NCBI GenBank assembly: GCA_964457775.1 | Contig: CAYWEW010000006.1 | Location: 10,805-74,804, forward strand | Length of the DNA: 64,000 nt | Source of the DNA: an uncultured Candidatus Saccharibacteria bacterium | Lineage (GTDB): Bacteria; Patescibacteriota; Minisyncoccia; Phycocordibacterales; UBA5272 | Direction of reading: 5' to 3' | In this document: piece after piece, positions 51,101 to 61,900 of the stretch | Position numbering within the stretch: position 1 is the stretch's first letter | Layout: the number at the start of each line of letters is the position of its first letter | Made by a program: the position numbers and the translations under genes | Notes under the pieces: generated by a model | Databases searched by the model: none | What the model saw: only the letters and a program-made list of their open reading frames with translations | Told to the model about the DNA's origin: nothing

Positions 51101-54100
51101 AAGTGTTCCTGCGCTCAAAGTTAAAGCGTTAAGTGTAGCAAAATTATTAAGAGGAGTATCCGTCACTTGATTGTTGGTAGATGTTATCCCACCGTTTGAA
51201 GCCCAGTTATTTGAATTACCTGAACTGTCTGCGCCGACTTGATTACTATTACTGAAATTCAGACGGAATCCATTATTTCCATATGAGCCAATGTACTTCT
51301 TTGGAATCCAATTGCCTGTCGAGGAAGAAGTCTCTCCGAATGATGCTGGTGTTAACTGTTGTCCATCAATAAAATTAACATCCGATAAATAGCCGTCATA
51401 ATAATGTGCACCTGTAGCTTTTGCAACTTGATGTGATATTGCAGAATTAAAACCTTGTGAATAATTTAAAGCGGGGTAATTTGCAGAAGAGAAGGAAGTT
51501 ATTTGCGTCCCATTAGAAAAGATTTTGACTCTATCCGATGATACGGCTTGAGTTGTGTCCACTGCAAGCACAATATGATACCAAGCAGATGGGTCACGAA
51601 AAACTTGTGTAGTGTTTAGATTACTACTAACTGCAGCATTGTTATAATATTGAATATGGTCATTTAAATCAAAAATAAGTTCATCCGTTGTACCTGGTGC
51701 AGCAAACAATGCTGGATAACCAGACGTCAATTTACTGCGCTTGACCCAACCTGACCATGTAAATTTTTTATTATCAGTTGGAGTAGAAAATGTTCTGTTA
51801 AGATACTGACTCTGCGCACTATCAAACATAAGTGAATTCGTAAGGCTGTCAGTCGTGAAGGTAGAGTCAGATGAGTAAGCAGTACCATAGGAGTTGGTAG
51901 CATAAGCACTATAGTAATAAGTGGTAGAAGTAGCGAGACCAGTAATAGATACAGTGAACACTCCAGTAGTTGTACCTGTACCTGCTGTACAGTTAGTGAT
52001 AGGTGCAGGAGTAGAACCATAACACACCCCACGTGATGTTATGTTAGAACTTCCTATAGTGTCTACTGTTCCACCTATTACTGCAGTTGTTTCTGTTGTC
52101 GATGTTGCTGTAGGAGATGAGAGTGTGGGGAGAGATGGTACTGTTGGGACCATGACAGATTCAGCAAAGGCGGCGTAGATAAATGTGCCACCATTGGTGT
52201 TTAGATATGATATTGATGACCTAATCTTAAAACCATTAGACAAGATATCTCTATCATACGCATGATCAGGACTCTCCCCTTGTGAGAGGTTTGGAAAAAG
52301 TGGATTATAATTCACATTGTATGAGTCTCTTTTTGTATCAATAATATGCCAATCATTTGTAGAATCTGTTCTTTTAATCATTATCCAACGTGGTTTAAAT
52401 CCTGTGTAGATGAATGGTCCATCCGCAGAGCCATTACCAGTATAACTACCAAATTTTGAGTAGCCTTGAACTTCAGCAAATGAGTAAGCAACTAGATCTG
52501 CACCACTAGCTAAAGGTGTAGAGGTTAGGCCAAATGTTGTCGTTGACCATGCCCCACTCCAATTTGATGAACCATTTGATTGTGCTGCTGTTGTTGATAA
52601 ATCAAGATAATAGTCAGCGCCTGTTAATTTTTGATGCCAAACATTCCAGCCTGTAGTACCAACATTGTCTCTAGACTTGAATATCACCATTGTTGGGGTT
52701 GCGTTCAATCCATGACCAACTGTTCCAGTAGAACCAGATCCTGTAAATGTAGCAACAGAGAAACCTGCGGTTTGATTTGCAGAAACAACACTTGTGACAG
52801 TCCCAGAAGTATTTGTTGTTGTGGAATTGCCTGCTTTCCATAGCCAATCAACATAGGTAGCCCCATTTGCGTTATTATCACTATCATTTGCATTAAGGGT
52901 GTACCCATCTGCTGTCGAAGAGAAAGAGTGAAGCGATGGTGCTCCACCATTATATGCTTCATATCCTGTAGTGTTAGAGCTTAGTGACTTACTCCCACCA
53001 AAACCTCGTACAGCATCCTGAAGATAGTGGTTTGTAGAACCACTACGTCCTTTACTCCATATTAAATCAGGCTGAAACACTAATCCTGATTTTGTATACC
53101 CTATTGCTGTGCCCGTACGAGTTACAACATCAAAATGTTGATTTGGTTTTAAAATGGTCGGAGCCGGGAGGTTTGCAGTAGAGAGAGACTTGAATCCTGT
53201 TGGTGGGGTGTAGGAGAAGGACTTTTGACCGAAGTTAAGTGTAGCTGATTCAGTTTCAGCATCAGGATTTACTCTAAAAATCGGGAAATAACCGGTAACA
53301 CTGGAAGATGCGAAAGTATGACCTCCACTATTTGTTACTGGATTACTTCCATTGTTCCATGTTCCATTTTTACCAAACCAAACTTTTCTAAGTGATGGAC
53401 TTACGGCAACCATTATAGTGTCACTTGTAGTATAACTAACACCATCTGATGTAGAGCTACCAGGAATTTTGATATAATCCCCTCCACCATGAGCAATTAC
53501 TGCAGCTGCATCACTACCAGAACCAGCAGATGTTTGAAATATATTTCTATTGGTTTCTATGTCCCAGTCAACAACACCAACTTGGCTTGATGAAATAGTT
53601 CTAGTAGTATTATTTAGTTTTGCTTCAAAATATGTGTCAAAATCTTTTATTGGCATGCTTGCCATAACACCATAAATATTATAGTAGCCACCACCAAGTG
53701 AGGAAGTTAAATTACCCTTAGTTAATGAGAGCGAGGAAGATCTCTGAAGTGGGTTTAATGTTGCAAAGTTATTAAATGGAGTATCAATAAATTGATTCGT
53801 TGTTGAACTCATACTACCGTTCGTTGTCCATGTATTTGCTGTAGTGTGTGTAGAGTCAATTGGTGCAGTATCAAGACCAAGAGCAGTACTACTACTGAAA
53901 TTAAGATGAAATCCATTTACTCCATAAGTGCCTTGATATGATTTTGGAATCCAGTTGCCAGTGTTACTGTCTGATTTTCCAAAGTAACTTGGAGTAAGAG
54001 CTTGGCCGTCGACGAAGTTAACATCGGCCATGTATACATCGGAGTAATCAGCGGAATCCATTTTAGAAATATAATGGGCGTTCGCAGCATTAATACCACC

Positions 54101-55654
54101 TGATGCATTCTGTGTTGGGTTGTTGGTGGTTTCGAAAGATGTTTCTTCTACACCATTTACATATATTCTGACTCTTGAATTTGCGGTAGAGGTTGCTGAA
54201 TCATAGACAACAATAATATGTTGCCAGGTTGAAGGATCTCTAAACACTTTGTTTGTTTTTCTCCATGTTGTATTGTATCCACTAACAGAAAGATTATCTC
54301 CTGAAACAAAACCAACTCTTGTAAAGGAATCGTTGTTATTTGCGCTATACCCAAGAAATATTGACTCACCTCCTGCTGGAGTAGTTCTGTTTTTCTTTAC
54401 CCATCCACTCCATGTCCATTTTTTATTATCCGTTGGTGTAGAAAATGTCCTATTCAAATACTGACTACTTGCACTATCAAACATAATGGAGTTCGTGAGA
54501 CCTTCTGTTGTAAAAACCCCATCCGCAGAAGTAGATGTACCGTATGAGTTCGTTGCATATGAACGATAAAAATATGTAGTGGATGTTGCAAGGTTAGACA
54601 AAGTCATACTAAAGTCTCCAGTTGCTGTACCACCTTCTGCAACACAGTTAGTTGGGTAACGAGTTGTTCCATAACAAATACCACGAGATGTAATTGATGC
54701 TCCTCCAATTGATATGAGAGAACCACTGAATGTAGCTGATGATTCTGCAACATAAGAAACCGACGTCGATGTCGCAAGTACTGCTAGGTTAGAGTCTGGT
54801 GTAAGGTAACGAATAATTACAATACCAGAACCACCGTCACCACGCGTTGGGAAATATCCTCCTCCTCCACCACCGGTACCACTTGTTCCATTCTGACCTT
54901 CAGCACCTCCCCCTCCTGTACCACCTGAAGAACCTCCTGTGTTTCTTCCACCACCACCACCTGCATACCATGTCGCCGTGCCACTTATTGAAGATGAAAG
55001 TCCATCTCCTCCGTAACCAGAAGAGTCTGTACTTCCTGCCTCACCTGCACCACCACCACCACCTGCTTGTGGACTTCCCGGTGAACCACCGTTATTTCCT
55101 TGCCCAGATGTCCCCGATCCAGCAGAACCACCATAACCTGCACCACCACCCGATCCACCGTTACGACCAACTTCTGCTCCGTCATTTCCACCTCCACCTC
55201 CACCACCAAGTGCAGTAATATTACCAAGAACGGAACTGCTTCCATTAGTACCATACCAGTTAGGTGAATTATCGCCCCCCATACCACCACCACCCACAAC
55301 CACCGTGTATGAGTTTCCTGAATAAAAAGTAGTTGTCCCATTTCCGGTCAACATTCCTCCACCTCCACCACCTCCACCACCACCAGTACCACCACCACCT
55401 CCACCAGCAACAACTAAATAATCGATAGAAGTAACATTAAGAGGAATTGTAAAGGTTGTAGTACCAGTTGATGTAAATGTTTGCACTGTATATCCACCTG
55501 CATATGAAGGAGAAGACCGAGGATTTATTCCACTAGAATCTGTATATGTTACTGTTTGTGCAAAAGTAACAAAGGGAGTAGAAAAAAATAAGAAAAGGAA
55601 AAAAAGGAAAAATTTCCTTACATAACGATTTCGAGAAAATAACCCTGTATCCAT
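48113..55654 (-). CDS. Giant secreted surface protein: Gly-rich domain, two LamG/SPRY-like modules, C-terminal peptidoglycan-binding domain
   Basis: Signal peptide; YLVVAGGGGGG...GGSGIVIIRY; duplicated block (YLNRTFSTPTDNKK...FSYTPPTGFKSLSTANL...YAAFAE); GEVSQLQYYL...TGNF tail. Confidence 0.85.
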   Translation of the reverse strand: MDTGLFSRNRYVRKFFLFFLFLFFSTPFVTFAQTVTYTDSSGINPRSSPSYAGGYTVQTFTSTGTTTFTIPLNVTSIDYLVVAGGGGGGTGGGGGGGGGGMLTGNGTTTFYSGNSYTVVVGGGGMGGDNSPNWYGTNGSSSVLGNITALGGGGGGGNDGAEVGRNGGSGGGAGYGGSAGSGTSGQGNNGGSPGSPQAGGGGGAGEAGSTDSSGYGGDGLSSSISGTATWYAGGGGGRNTGGSSGGTGGGGAEGQNGTSGTGGGGGGYFPTRGDGGSGIVIIRYLTPDSNLAVLATSTSVSYVAESSATFSGSLISIGGASITSRGICYGTTRYPTNCVAEGGTATGDFSMTLSNLATSTTYFYRSYATNSYGTSTSADGVFTTEGLTNSIMFDSASSQYLNRTFSTPTDNKKWTWSGWVKKNRTTPAGGESIFLGYSANNNDSFTRVGFVSGDNLSVSGYNTTWRKTNKVFRDPSTWQHIIVVYDSATSTANSRVRIYVNGVEETSFETTNNPTQNASGGINAANAHYISKMDSADYSDVYMADVNFVDGQALTPSYFGKSDSNTGNWIPKSYQGTYGVNGFHLNFSSSTALGLDTAPIDSTHTTANTWTTNGSMSSTTNQFIDTPFNNFATLNPLQRSSSLSLTKGNLTSSLGGGYYNIYGVMASMPIKDFDTYFEAKLNNTTRTISSSQVGVVDWDIETNRNIFQTSAGSGSDAAAVIAHGGGDYIKIPGSSTSDGVSYTTSDTIMVAVSPSLRKVWFGKNGTWNNGSNPVTNSGGHTFASSSVTGYFPIFRVNPDAETESATLNFGQKSFSYTPPTGFKSLSTANLPAPTILKPNQHFDVVTRTGTAIGYTKSGLVFQPDLIWSKGRSGSTNHYLQDAVRGFGGSKSLSSNTTGYEAYNGGAPSLHSFSSTADGYTLNANDSDNNANGATYVDWLWKAGNSTTTNTSGTVTSVVSANQTAGFSVATFTGSGSTGTVGHGLNATPTMVIFKSRDNVGTTGWNVWHQKLTGADYYLDLSTTAAQSNGSSNWSGAWSTTTFGLTSTPLASGADLVAYSFAEVQGYSKFGSYTGNGSADGPFIYTGFKPRWIMIKRTDSTNDWHIIDTKRDSYNVNYNPLFPNLSQGESPDHAYDRDILSNGFKIRSSISYLNTNGGTFIYAAFAESVMVPTVPSLPTLSSPTATSTTETTAVIGGTVDTIGSSNITSRGVCYGSTPAPITNCTAGTGTTTGVFTVSITGLATSTTYYYSAYATNSYGTAYSSDSTFTTDSLTNSLMFDSAQSQYLNRTFSTPTDNKKFTWSGWVKRSKLTSGYPALFAAPGTTDELIFDLNDHIQYYNNAAVSSNLNTTQVFRDPSAWYHIVLAVDTTQAVSSDRVKIFSNGTQITSFSSANYPALNYSQGFNSAISHQVAKATGAHYYDGYLSDVNFIDGQQLTPASFGETSSSTGNWIPKKYIGSYGNNGFRLNFSNSNQVGADSSGNSNNWASNGGITSTNNQVTDTPLNNFATLNALTLSAGTLSLGNLRFSALTANSQTKLGTIGVSSGKWYWETNIGAVSVGTDVGISPASLSTYANGYFPGSDSLSYSYDQNGQKYTSNSGTAYGSTYTNGDVIGTALDMDAGTLTFYKNGVSQGVAFSSLSGVFVPAMASYGGGNYFTANFGQKSFTYTPPEGFKSLSTANLSTPVILKPNLYFDVATYTGTGSTQSITGLDFQPDLVWIKDRNTSASSNIIDSVRGARKHLESDTTNTETAEASGYGLTSFNSDGFTVGTDNAGSGRVNFNGDTFVSWNWKASGATTTDTSGTITSTVSANPTAGFSIVSYSGSSSGNGDNKTVGHGLGTAPNFAIVKARSGGAENWYTWNSNFGGGTYWLALSQAASLTNDSTRFYATSTDSVLNLGGNTGVSASGYTYVAYVWSEVPGYSKFGSYTGNGNSDGAFVYTGFKPRYILTKRIDGGTEHWNIFDTTRAGYNSANYLLYANSSNADDTTTGRIDILANGFKARDNGSGYNSTGATYIYAAFAESIMIPTVPTASSQESGSTNLEDLTVTPNNSQATIDYTIPSNPSFNQVIVLRSTQTITDSPSNGATYSTNDIIGSATVACVDSTIATSTYDSCIATGLSNSTAYYFKVFTKSGTVYTAVSSIEGSPSTPNVGASNVTVTSYRLRQDNGDESSATYNIAENTPMASDFITGDKIRLRFVVTNHTTSLINKRYQLEYSYGSCTSWTAVPRPSDYTNEHFKIDTSSYVSDSASTTHSSGISVPNGKVFRTGRMQTFNSLSRPTVLYEGEYTEIEYLIRSTGDILPGSVYCFRLSNNGDASDFTYSATPQITTMSRIFRYNAGGGGGGRTLNFELPSVVATTTVTGGGADGSPTSTSTITESTATTTTQQSTTTPTRRRGGGGNVGTLYNDNTLALVNSGNINHGMVLGAFTESMCTNMKSKMLYGKRDNNTNGEVSQLQYYLRKQGYFNTKVTGNFLNITKKAVKKFQEDNSLTVTGEADKLTRDRIKDLGCIKAEE

Positions 55655-55951
55655 ATGATTAAGTATATACGTAACACCCAGAATATCTGGGAGAAAGCTG
55701 TGGATAAAAACCTTATAAAATAAGGATTATTTTGCACAAAATATTATTTACCGTTGTACATTAACTTTCTGTATTTTGTAATAATTAAAATACATATATA
55801 TAGTTACATTAATTGTGGTCTGTATATCAGTAATTTCATAGGAGCTAATTTCAGTGTATTAAGCAGTGTATAAATTTTGATCAACTGTTGAAGGAATATT
55901 TCTCTAATTAATGTGGTGTGCTGTTAATTTTTACGAGAAAATTTAAAAATC

Positions 55952-58900
55952 TTATGGTGTGGTACTTGTAGATTCTGTAGTAGGGGTAGTTGTTTCGGGA
56001 AGAACTTGCTCTGTCGTGGTCCATGTGTCCGCTCCATCTGTAACTACTTCTGAAGATGAGGAAGTGACGGTTTCTGTTGTTGTACTATTTGCATCTCCTG
56101 CTACCACTGGTTCTTGAATAAGAATATTCGTTGTTGTGCCTGTTCCTTGGTTTACGTTTACGTTGTTATTGAGAAGTGATTTTAATTGTTCTTCTGTAAC
56201 ACAAGTACTTCCTACACAGACTTTTTCTTCCGCATAAACATTTTTCGCAAAGATAGTATCAATATAAGCTACCACCGCAGTAACCTTAACTGCAATGAAG
56301 GAGTTGATGACTTCGATACCGTTAGCTAGAGCTGAGGTGATTGTTGAAGTAATTGATGTAGGAGTGGAGTCTGTTGAGGTAGCATAGGTGATTTCCTCCA
56401 GTCCTGCAAGATTAGATACAGTGACAGTACGATTGGTATTTTCGATAAGGACGAGGACTGTTGAGGTAGACGATGAATCCACTGCGTCAGAGAGTGCTCG
56501 GCCGAGCACTCTACCACTTGTTATTTGTTTGGTAGCATATCCTTCTGTTGTAGTAGAAAGAGTAAGATAGTCCCCTTTCTTGATTATGCCGTTTTCATTA
56601 GTAACTTTTACTGGAACACGACCAGTTAATGCTACGGGGATACTATATCCTTCAGTTGATGATGAGAAGGTTGCACCTAGTATGATACCAGCGTTAGTAG
56701 TAACAATACCTAATATATCATCACCTCCTTCTGCACTCTTGATGCCTGACATATCATAGGATGTACCCGTTGTTACACTTGATCCATGAGGATTCCATGC
56801 ATAAGTTGAGGAGGAGAATGATACGACAGTACCAGCATCGAGTGATTCTGATGACTTGAATACTTCTGCAATGTCAGCAGCACTATCAATATCAAAGCCT
56901 GTTGCTCTAATGCGTCCTGATACACGCATGATTTCGTCCCCTATTTGTGTGCCATCATTTCCTATTCCAACAAGACCAAGTGAGGTAATTGTCATTGCTC
57001 CTGAGGTTGCATTAGATGTATTAATCACACTATTAATTGACGAAATTTGAGATTGTAAATTTGTGGTACTAGCATTAATGACAGAAAGCATAGATGCAAA
57101 AGTAGATGAGGCTTCTGCGTAATTAGAGGTAACTATGTTGGCAAGTGCATATATTGATGATGATGCGACTTCATTATTATTATTAACTGTATTAGTTAAT
57201 ATAAACAACGAAGAAGAAGCTTGTAGAACGTTTAGATTCAATTCTTGAAGAGCTTTGATTGTAGGAACAACTAGAGATGCGTAATCAACACCATAAACAT
57301 CCCCGAGAGTCTCGTCATTATAAACAGTACCAACAGAGTCAGGGAACAATGACTGTACTTCCTGAGCAATGAACCCAGTATGAGTTGATGTTTGGTTGCG
57401 TCCTGACACACCATTCCAATTAAATGTTACAGGTCTTAAATTCATAACATTACTTAATATTGAACTACTAAGGTTAGTTATGTTCTGCTTAAGTCTTTCA
57501 TCTGATGTACAGTTAGTAGCCCCTGTTCCACTACCGATAGTACAAGTAGTACCAGAACCAACAATTGTTACATTACCAGTAGAAGCGATTGAGAACATTG
57601 ATACCCCAGTTGAGGAAGATATATTAAGCGGGGATAAACCTGATGTGGATTGTACATTTAACATGGATGTAGCTGAGGATGTACCTATTGATGTTTTTCC
57701 ATCGTTATTAATAGCAAATTTTGTTATGTCATTCTTTTGGAAATCTGCAAACTTACCACTGAAGCTTCCACCATTTGCTCCAATGTCCATATATAATGCA
57801 GTCCCAGTGTAACTAGAAATTTCTTGATAGATTTGTGCAAGATACGGCGCAGTTGTAACTGTGGAAGAGTACAGTCTCAAAATATCACCATCTGTTGTTC
57901 CAGTATTCTCCCCATAAAGTGCTGCTGGGGCAGATAACTCACCTCCAAGACCAGTTGTGAAGGCTTGGATACCAAATGTGTGACCTGATGTCCTTATACC
58001 AGTATTGATACCATAGCTATTTGTTCCAGCATCAGATACGACTTCGATACCACGAACAGTATTTGATAGAGCTGTGTTATCTATGGTTCTTATAATCTGA
58101 CCTACTGCTGTGTTAGCAACTGATGTAGGAATATTATTTACAACAAATCTATTACCCACCTGCACCCCTCCTGCACTTGGGTTGAAGGTGAAGTTACCAT
58201 GTATGCCTGCGATTGATGTTGTAGCTCCATCTATTGCATTATTTACTGATGTATCGAAGAACATCTTAGCGAGAGAGAACGGGGTTGTGGTTCCGAACAT
58301 GAGTGTTGTTGCAGTAGTTGTAGCAAGAGTTGAAGTACCTGTTACACCGAATGTGCCGGAAACACTCAGAAGGTAATTAGGGGTAGATGAACCAATTCCT
58401 ACATTACCATTAGAAGTAATTGTCATTCTATCTGTAATTGAACCGCCAACACTTCTTGTTTGAAATGTAAGCATGCCACCTATTCCAGTTGCAGAATCAG
58501 ATATTGTACCAGTAGATGAAGAGACGATTCCTGTAGCTTGAACGTATTGATTTGTTGCTCCAACATAGCCGTAACTATTTATATTAAGAAGAGCGTCACC
58601 TGAAGTAATAGCTGTTGGGGAAGTAACAGTACCTCGAGATTTACGAGAGTTTATAGCGTAAGGAACAGCATCATCAACCCCTTTTGAAAATCTAACTTCA
58701 CCAGCCTTCCATCTAGTGTTCTCGATACTTGATACTGTGAGACCAAGTTCATTTGCAGCAGCACGAAATAGACCAAGATTACTATCATTAAAATACAGAG
58801 CCGGGGAACCTGCAGAACCAGGTTGCATAACTCCAACTTGAAGTACAACTCGTAAATATTCAGTGGCACTTTGACTGAGAGAAATTGCACTGTTACTTGA

Positions 58901-61900
58901 TAAGTTCAAAAAAGTTCCATCCCAAGACATTCCATTTGCAGGAGAAGAAGCAAATGAGTATGATGGAAGTGAATTAGATCCATTAGGTACAAGAATTTGA
59001 CCACTTCCAATTGTAAGTGATCCTGCTGGCGTTGATGACCCTATGCCTACATTCCCATTCGCGAGAATAGAGAAAAGTGATGAACCGGATGAAGAAGCTA
59101 CTTCGAATGGATTCGTAGAACCTCTACCACGTAATGTGAGTGTCGCTCCTGGTGTAGTAGTTCCGATACCTACATTCACTGCATCTGTTGAAGTACCTCC
59201 TAATATGATTGCGTTTGACATACCGACACGAGCGTCTTTACCTATTGCCCAGGCGTTAGTAAGAGCAGATGTTGATGCTACTGTTTCTGCACGAGAGGCT
59301 TGATAGCCAATGAAGCCAGAATAAGAATCGATGACAGAGCGTTGGTCTACAGTTATTCCATCTCCTCGACCGGATTGATGACCAAAAGCAATATTATAGC
59401 TTCCTCCACTATTATAATTTAAACTACTATAACCTTGAGCAAGATTGAACGATCCTGATATGTTTCCAGAAAGAGCACCCACCCCTTGTGCGATATTATA
59501 TTGACCGGATACATTTGAATAAAGAGCACTACCACCTAATGCAATGTTATTACTACCAGTCATACGATTGGTACTGTTTCCATACATTGCCTGGTAACCA
59601 ATCGCTGTGTTAAAGGATGCTGTAGAACTGTTTTGAAGTGCTAAATTTCCTATCGCGACGTTCCATGATCCAGTAGTGTTTAAATTAAGAGCGTTCGCAC
59701 CTTGTGCAATATTATTTGAACCTGTTGTATTCGAATAAAGAGCACTATTTCCAACTGCAAAGTTATCACCTCCTGACATAAGATCGGTACTACTACCATA
59801 CATTGCTTGATATCCAATTGCTGTGTTATTTGATGCAGTAGAACTGTAACGAAGTGCTTGATAACCTTGAGCAAGATTATAATTACCTGTTGTATTTGAG
59901 TAAAGAGAGAAAAACCCATGCGCAGTGTTACCTACTCCAGTTATATTAGATGAGAGTGCTGAGTTTCCAGCTGCAAAGTTATTCCCACCTGTCATAAGGT
60001 TTGTTGTACTGCCAAACATTGCTGAAGATCCAATTGCTATATTATTAGACGCTGTAGAACTGTACATAATAGCACTAGCACCTAATGCAACATTACTTGC
60101 GCCTGTAGTATTGGAATAAAGAGCACTATACCCTTGCGCAATGTTATATTGACCAGATGTATTTGAGTAGAGAGCGCTATCACCGACAGCAAAGTTACCA
60201 TTACCTGTCATGAAGGATGTACTAGAGCCATAAAGAGCGTTTCTTCCTAGTGCGATATTAAAAAGAAATACTGATGAAGTGCTTATATTTGTTAATGCCC
60301 CATTACCAACCGCAATAGAATTTGATGGTGCAACAGTAGATGAAGGTCCACCATTAATAAATACATTTGCAGAAGTAGAGGTACCGAGGACAAGACCACC
60401 AAGTGAGTTAACAGTAAGGAGGTTGTGTCCGGTAGATGATGCTACGGTGAATGGATTCACCCCATCTCGACCTTGAACAGAGAGAGTTGCAATTGGGGTG
60501 GACGAACCGACCCCTACATTTCCATTTGCGAGAATAGTGAATAGTGTAGCACCAGATGAGGATGCGACTGTTAGTAAATTCTTAGTAGTAGTACCTTGTA
60601 TAAAGAGTGACGAATCCCCTGTTGATGTTCCGATATTAAGTCTATTGTTTCCCGCGTCTGCAAAGAGTAGTGGGTATGTAGAGGTGCCTACGGTTAAATT
60701 GCCGTAAACTGATGAATTATTATGTGACTGGAAACCATTTGATATGGTTAATCCACCCGCAAGAGAAAGACTTCCTTGTGTTGTTATATCATTACGCACA
60801 TGAAGATTGCCTGTCTCAAGAGAATGTACTAAAGCTGAAGTGGTTTCTAATCCCCCTATATCATAAGTTAACATCGTACTAGTCAAATAATTTACTACAT
60901 ATAAATACTTACCAGAGATAGACACCTTAGTAGGAGAATCACCTGTTTGATGATATGAAATAACCCTAGGCGAAGCAGGGTTAGATATATCAACAACCGA
61001 AACACCTCCTGGATTACTTTCAGTAGTAACATATGCATATCTTCCAGAAACAACAACATGAGCAGCATTATTAATACTTACACTTGAAGTAGCGACTGGC
61101 ACTGATGGATTTGATATGTCAATCACAGACAAAGTGTTACTTCCTTTGTTTGCCACATACGCATACCTTCCAGAGACAGCAACAGAACTTGGATTAGACC
61201 CGACAGGTGTCGTGCTTGCGATTGTAGGTTTTGTCGGATTAGAAATATCAATAATAGATAATGTGCTACTACTATAATTAGTAACATATGCATATTTCCC
61301 TGACACATCAACAGAGTTTGGGTTAGTTCCTGTTGTTATTGTAGACACAACACTCAACGAACTCGGATTAGAAATATCAATAATAGACATTGATCTATTA
61401 TCATAATTAGCAACATACGCATACCCACCAGAAATATCTATTGATGTGGGACCCATTCCTGCTGTAGAAAATATCGAGACAGCTGAAAGTGATTTTGGTT
61501 TAGAAATATCAATAACAGTTATATTGTTACTTGAATACGCTGTCACATATGCATATGAACCTGCGATTGCGATAGAGGCAGGTGTCTGAATATTACCACT
61601 TGCATATGTAGAAAGTAACACCGACAAAGAAGGAACCGAAACATCATACCCAGAAAAACTACAACAATTAGAATAAGTAACATACGCATAATTACCTACA
61701 GTAAATACCGCTCTAGGGTTACTTCCTACTGCAGTCGTTGACACCAGTCTCATTCCGATAGTGCTCGTTGCTATATTCTGAATATTTCCATAAACATCTA
61801 ATGCTATTGGAGAAGATGATGACATTGCTATAAATGTCGACGTACCATGTACTGTGAGTTTTGAATTATTTGCTTGAGTTGAAGTACCAATCAAAGTGCC

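Noticed and set aside
4807-55707. Scattered DnaA-box matches (4807, 9387, 34202, 34271, 35031, 55699) as oriC
   Set aside because: Isolated rather than clustered, and no dnaA or dnaN nearby; at most regulatory
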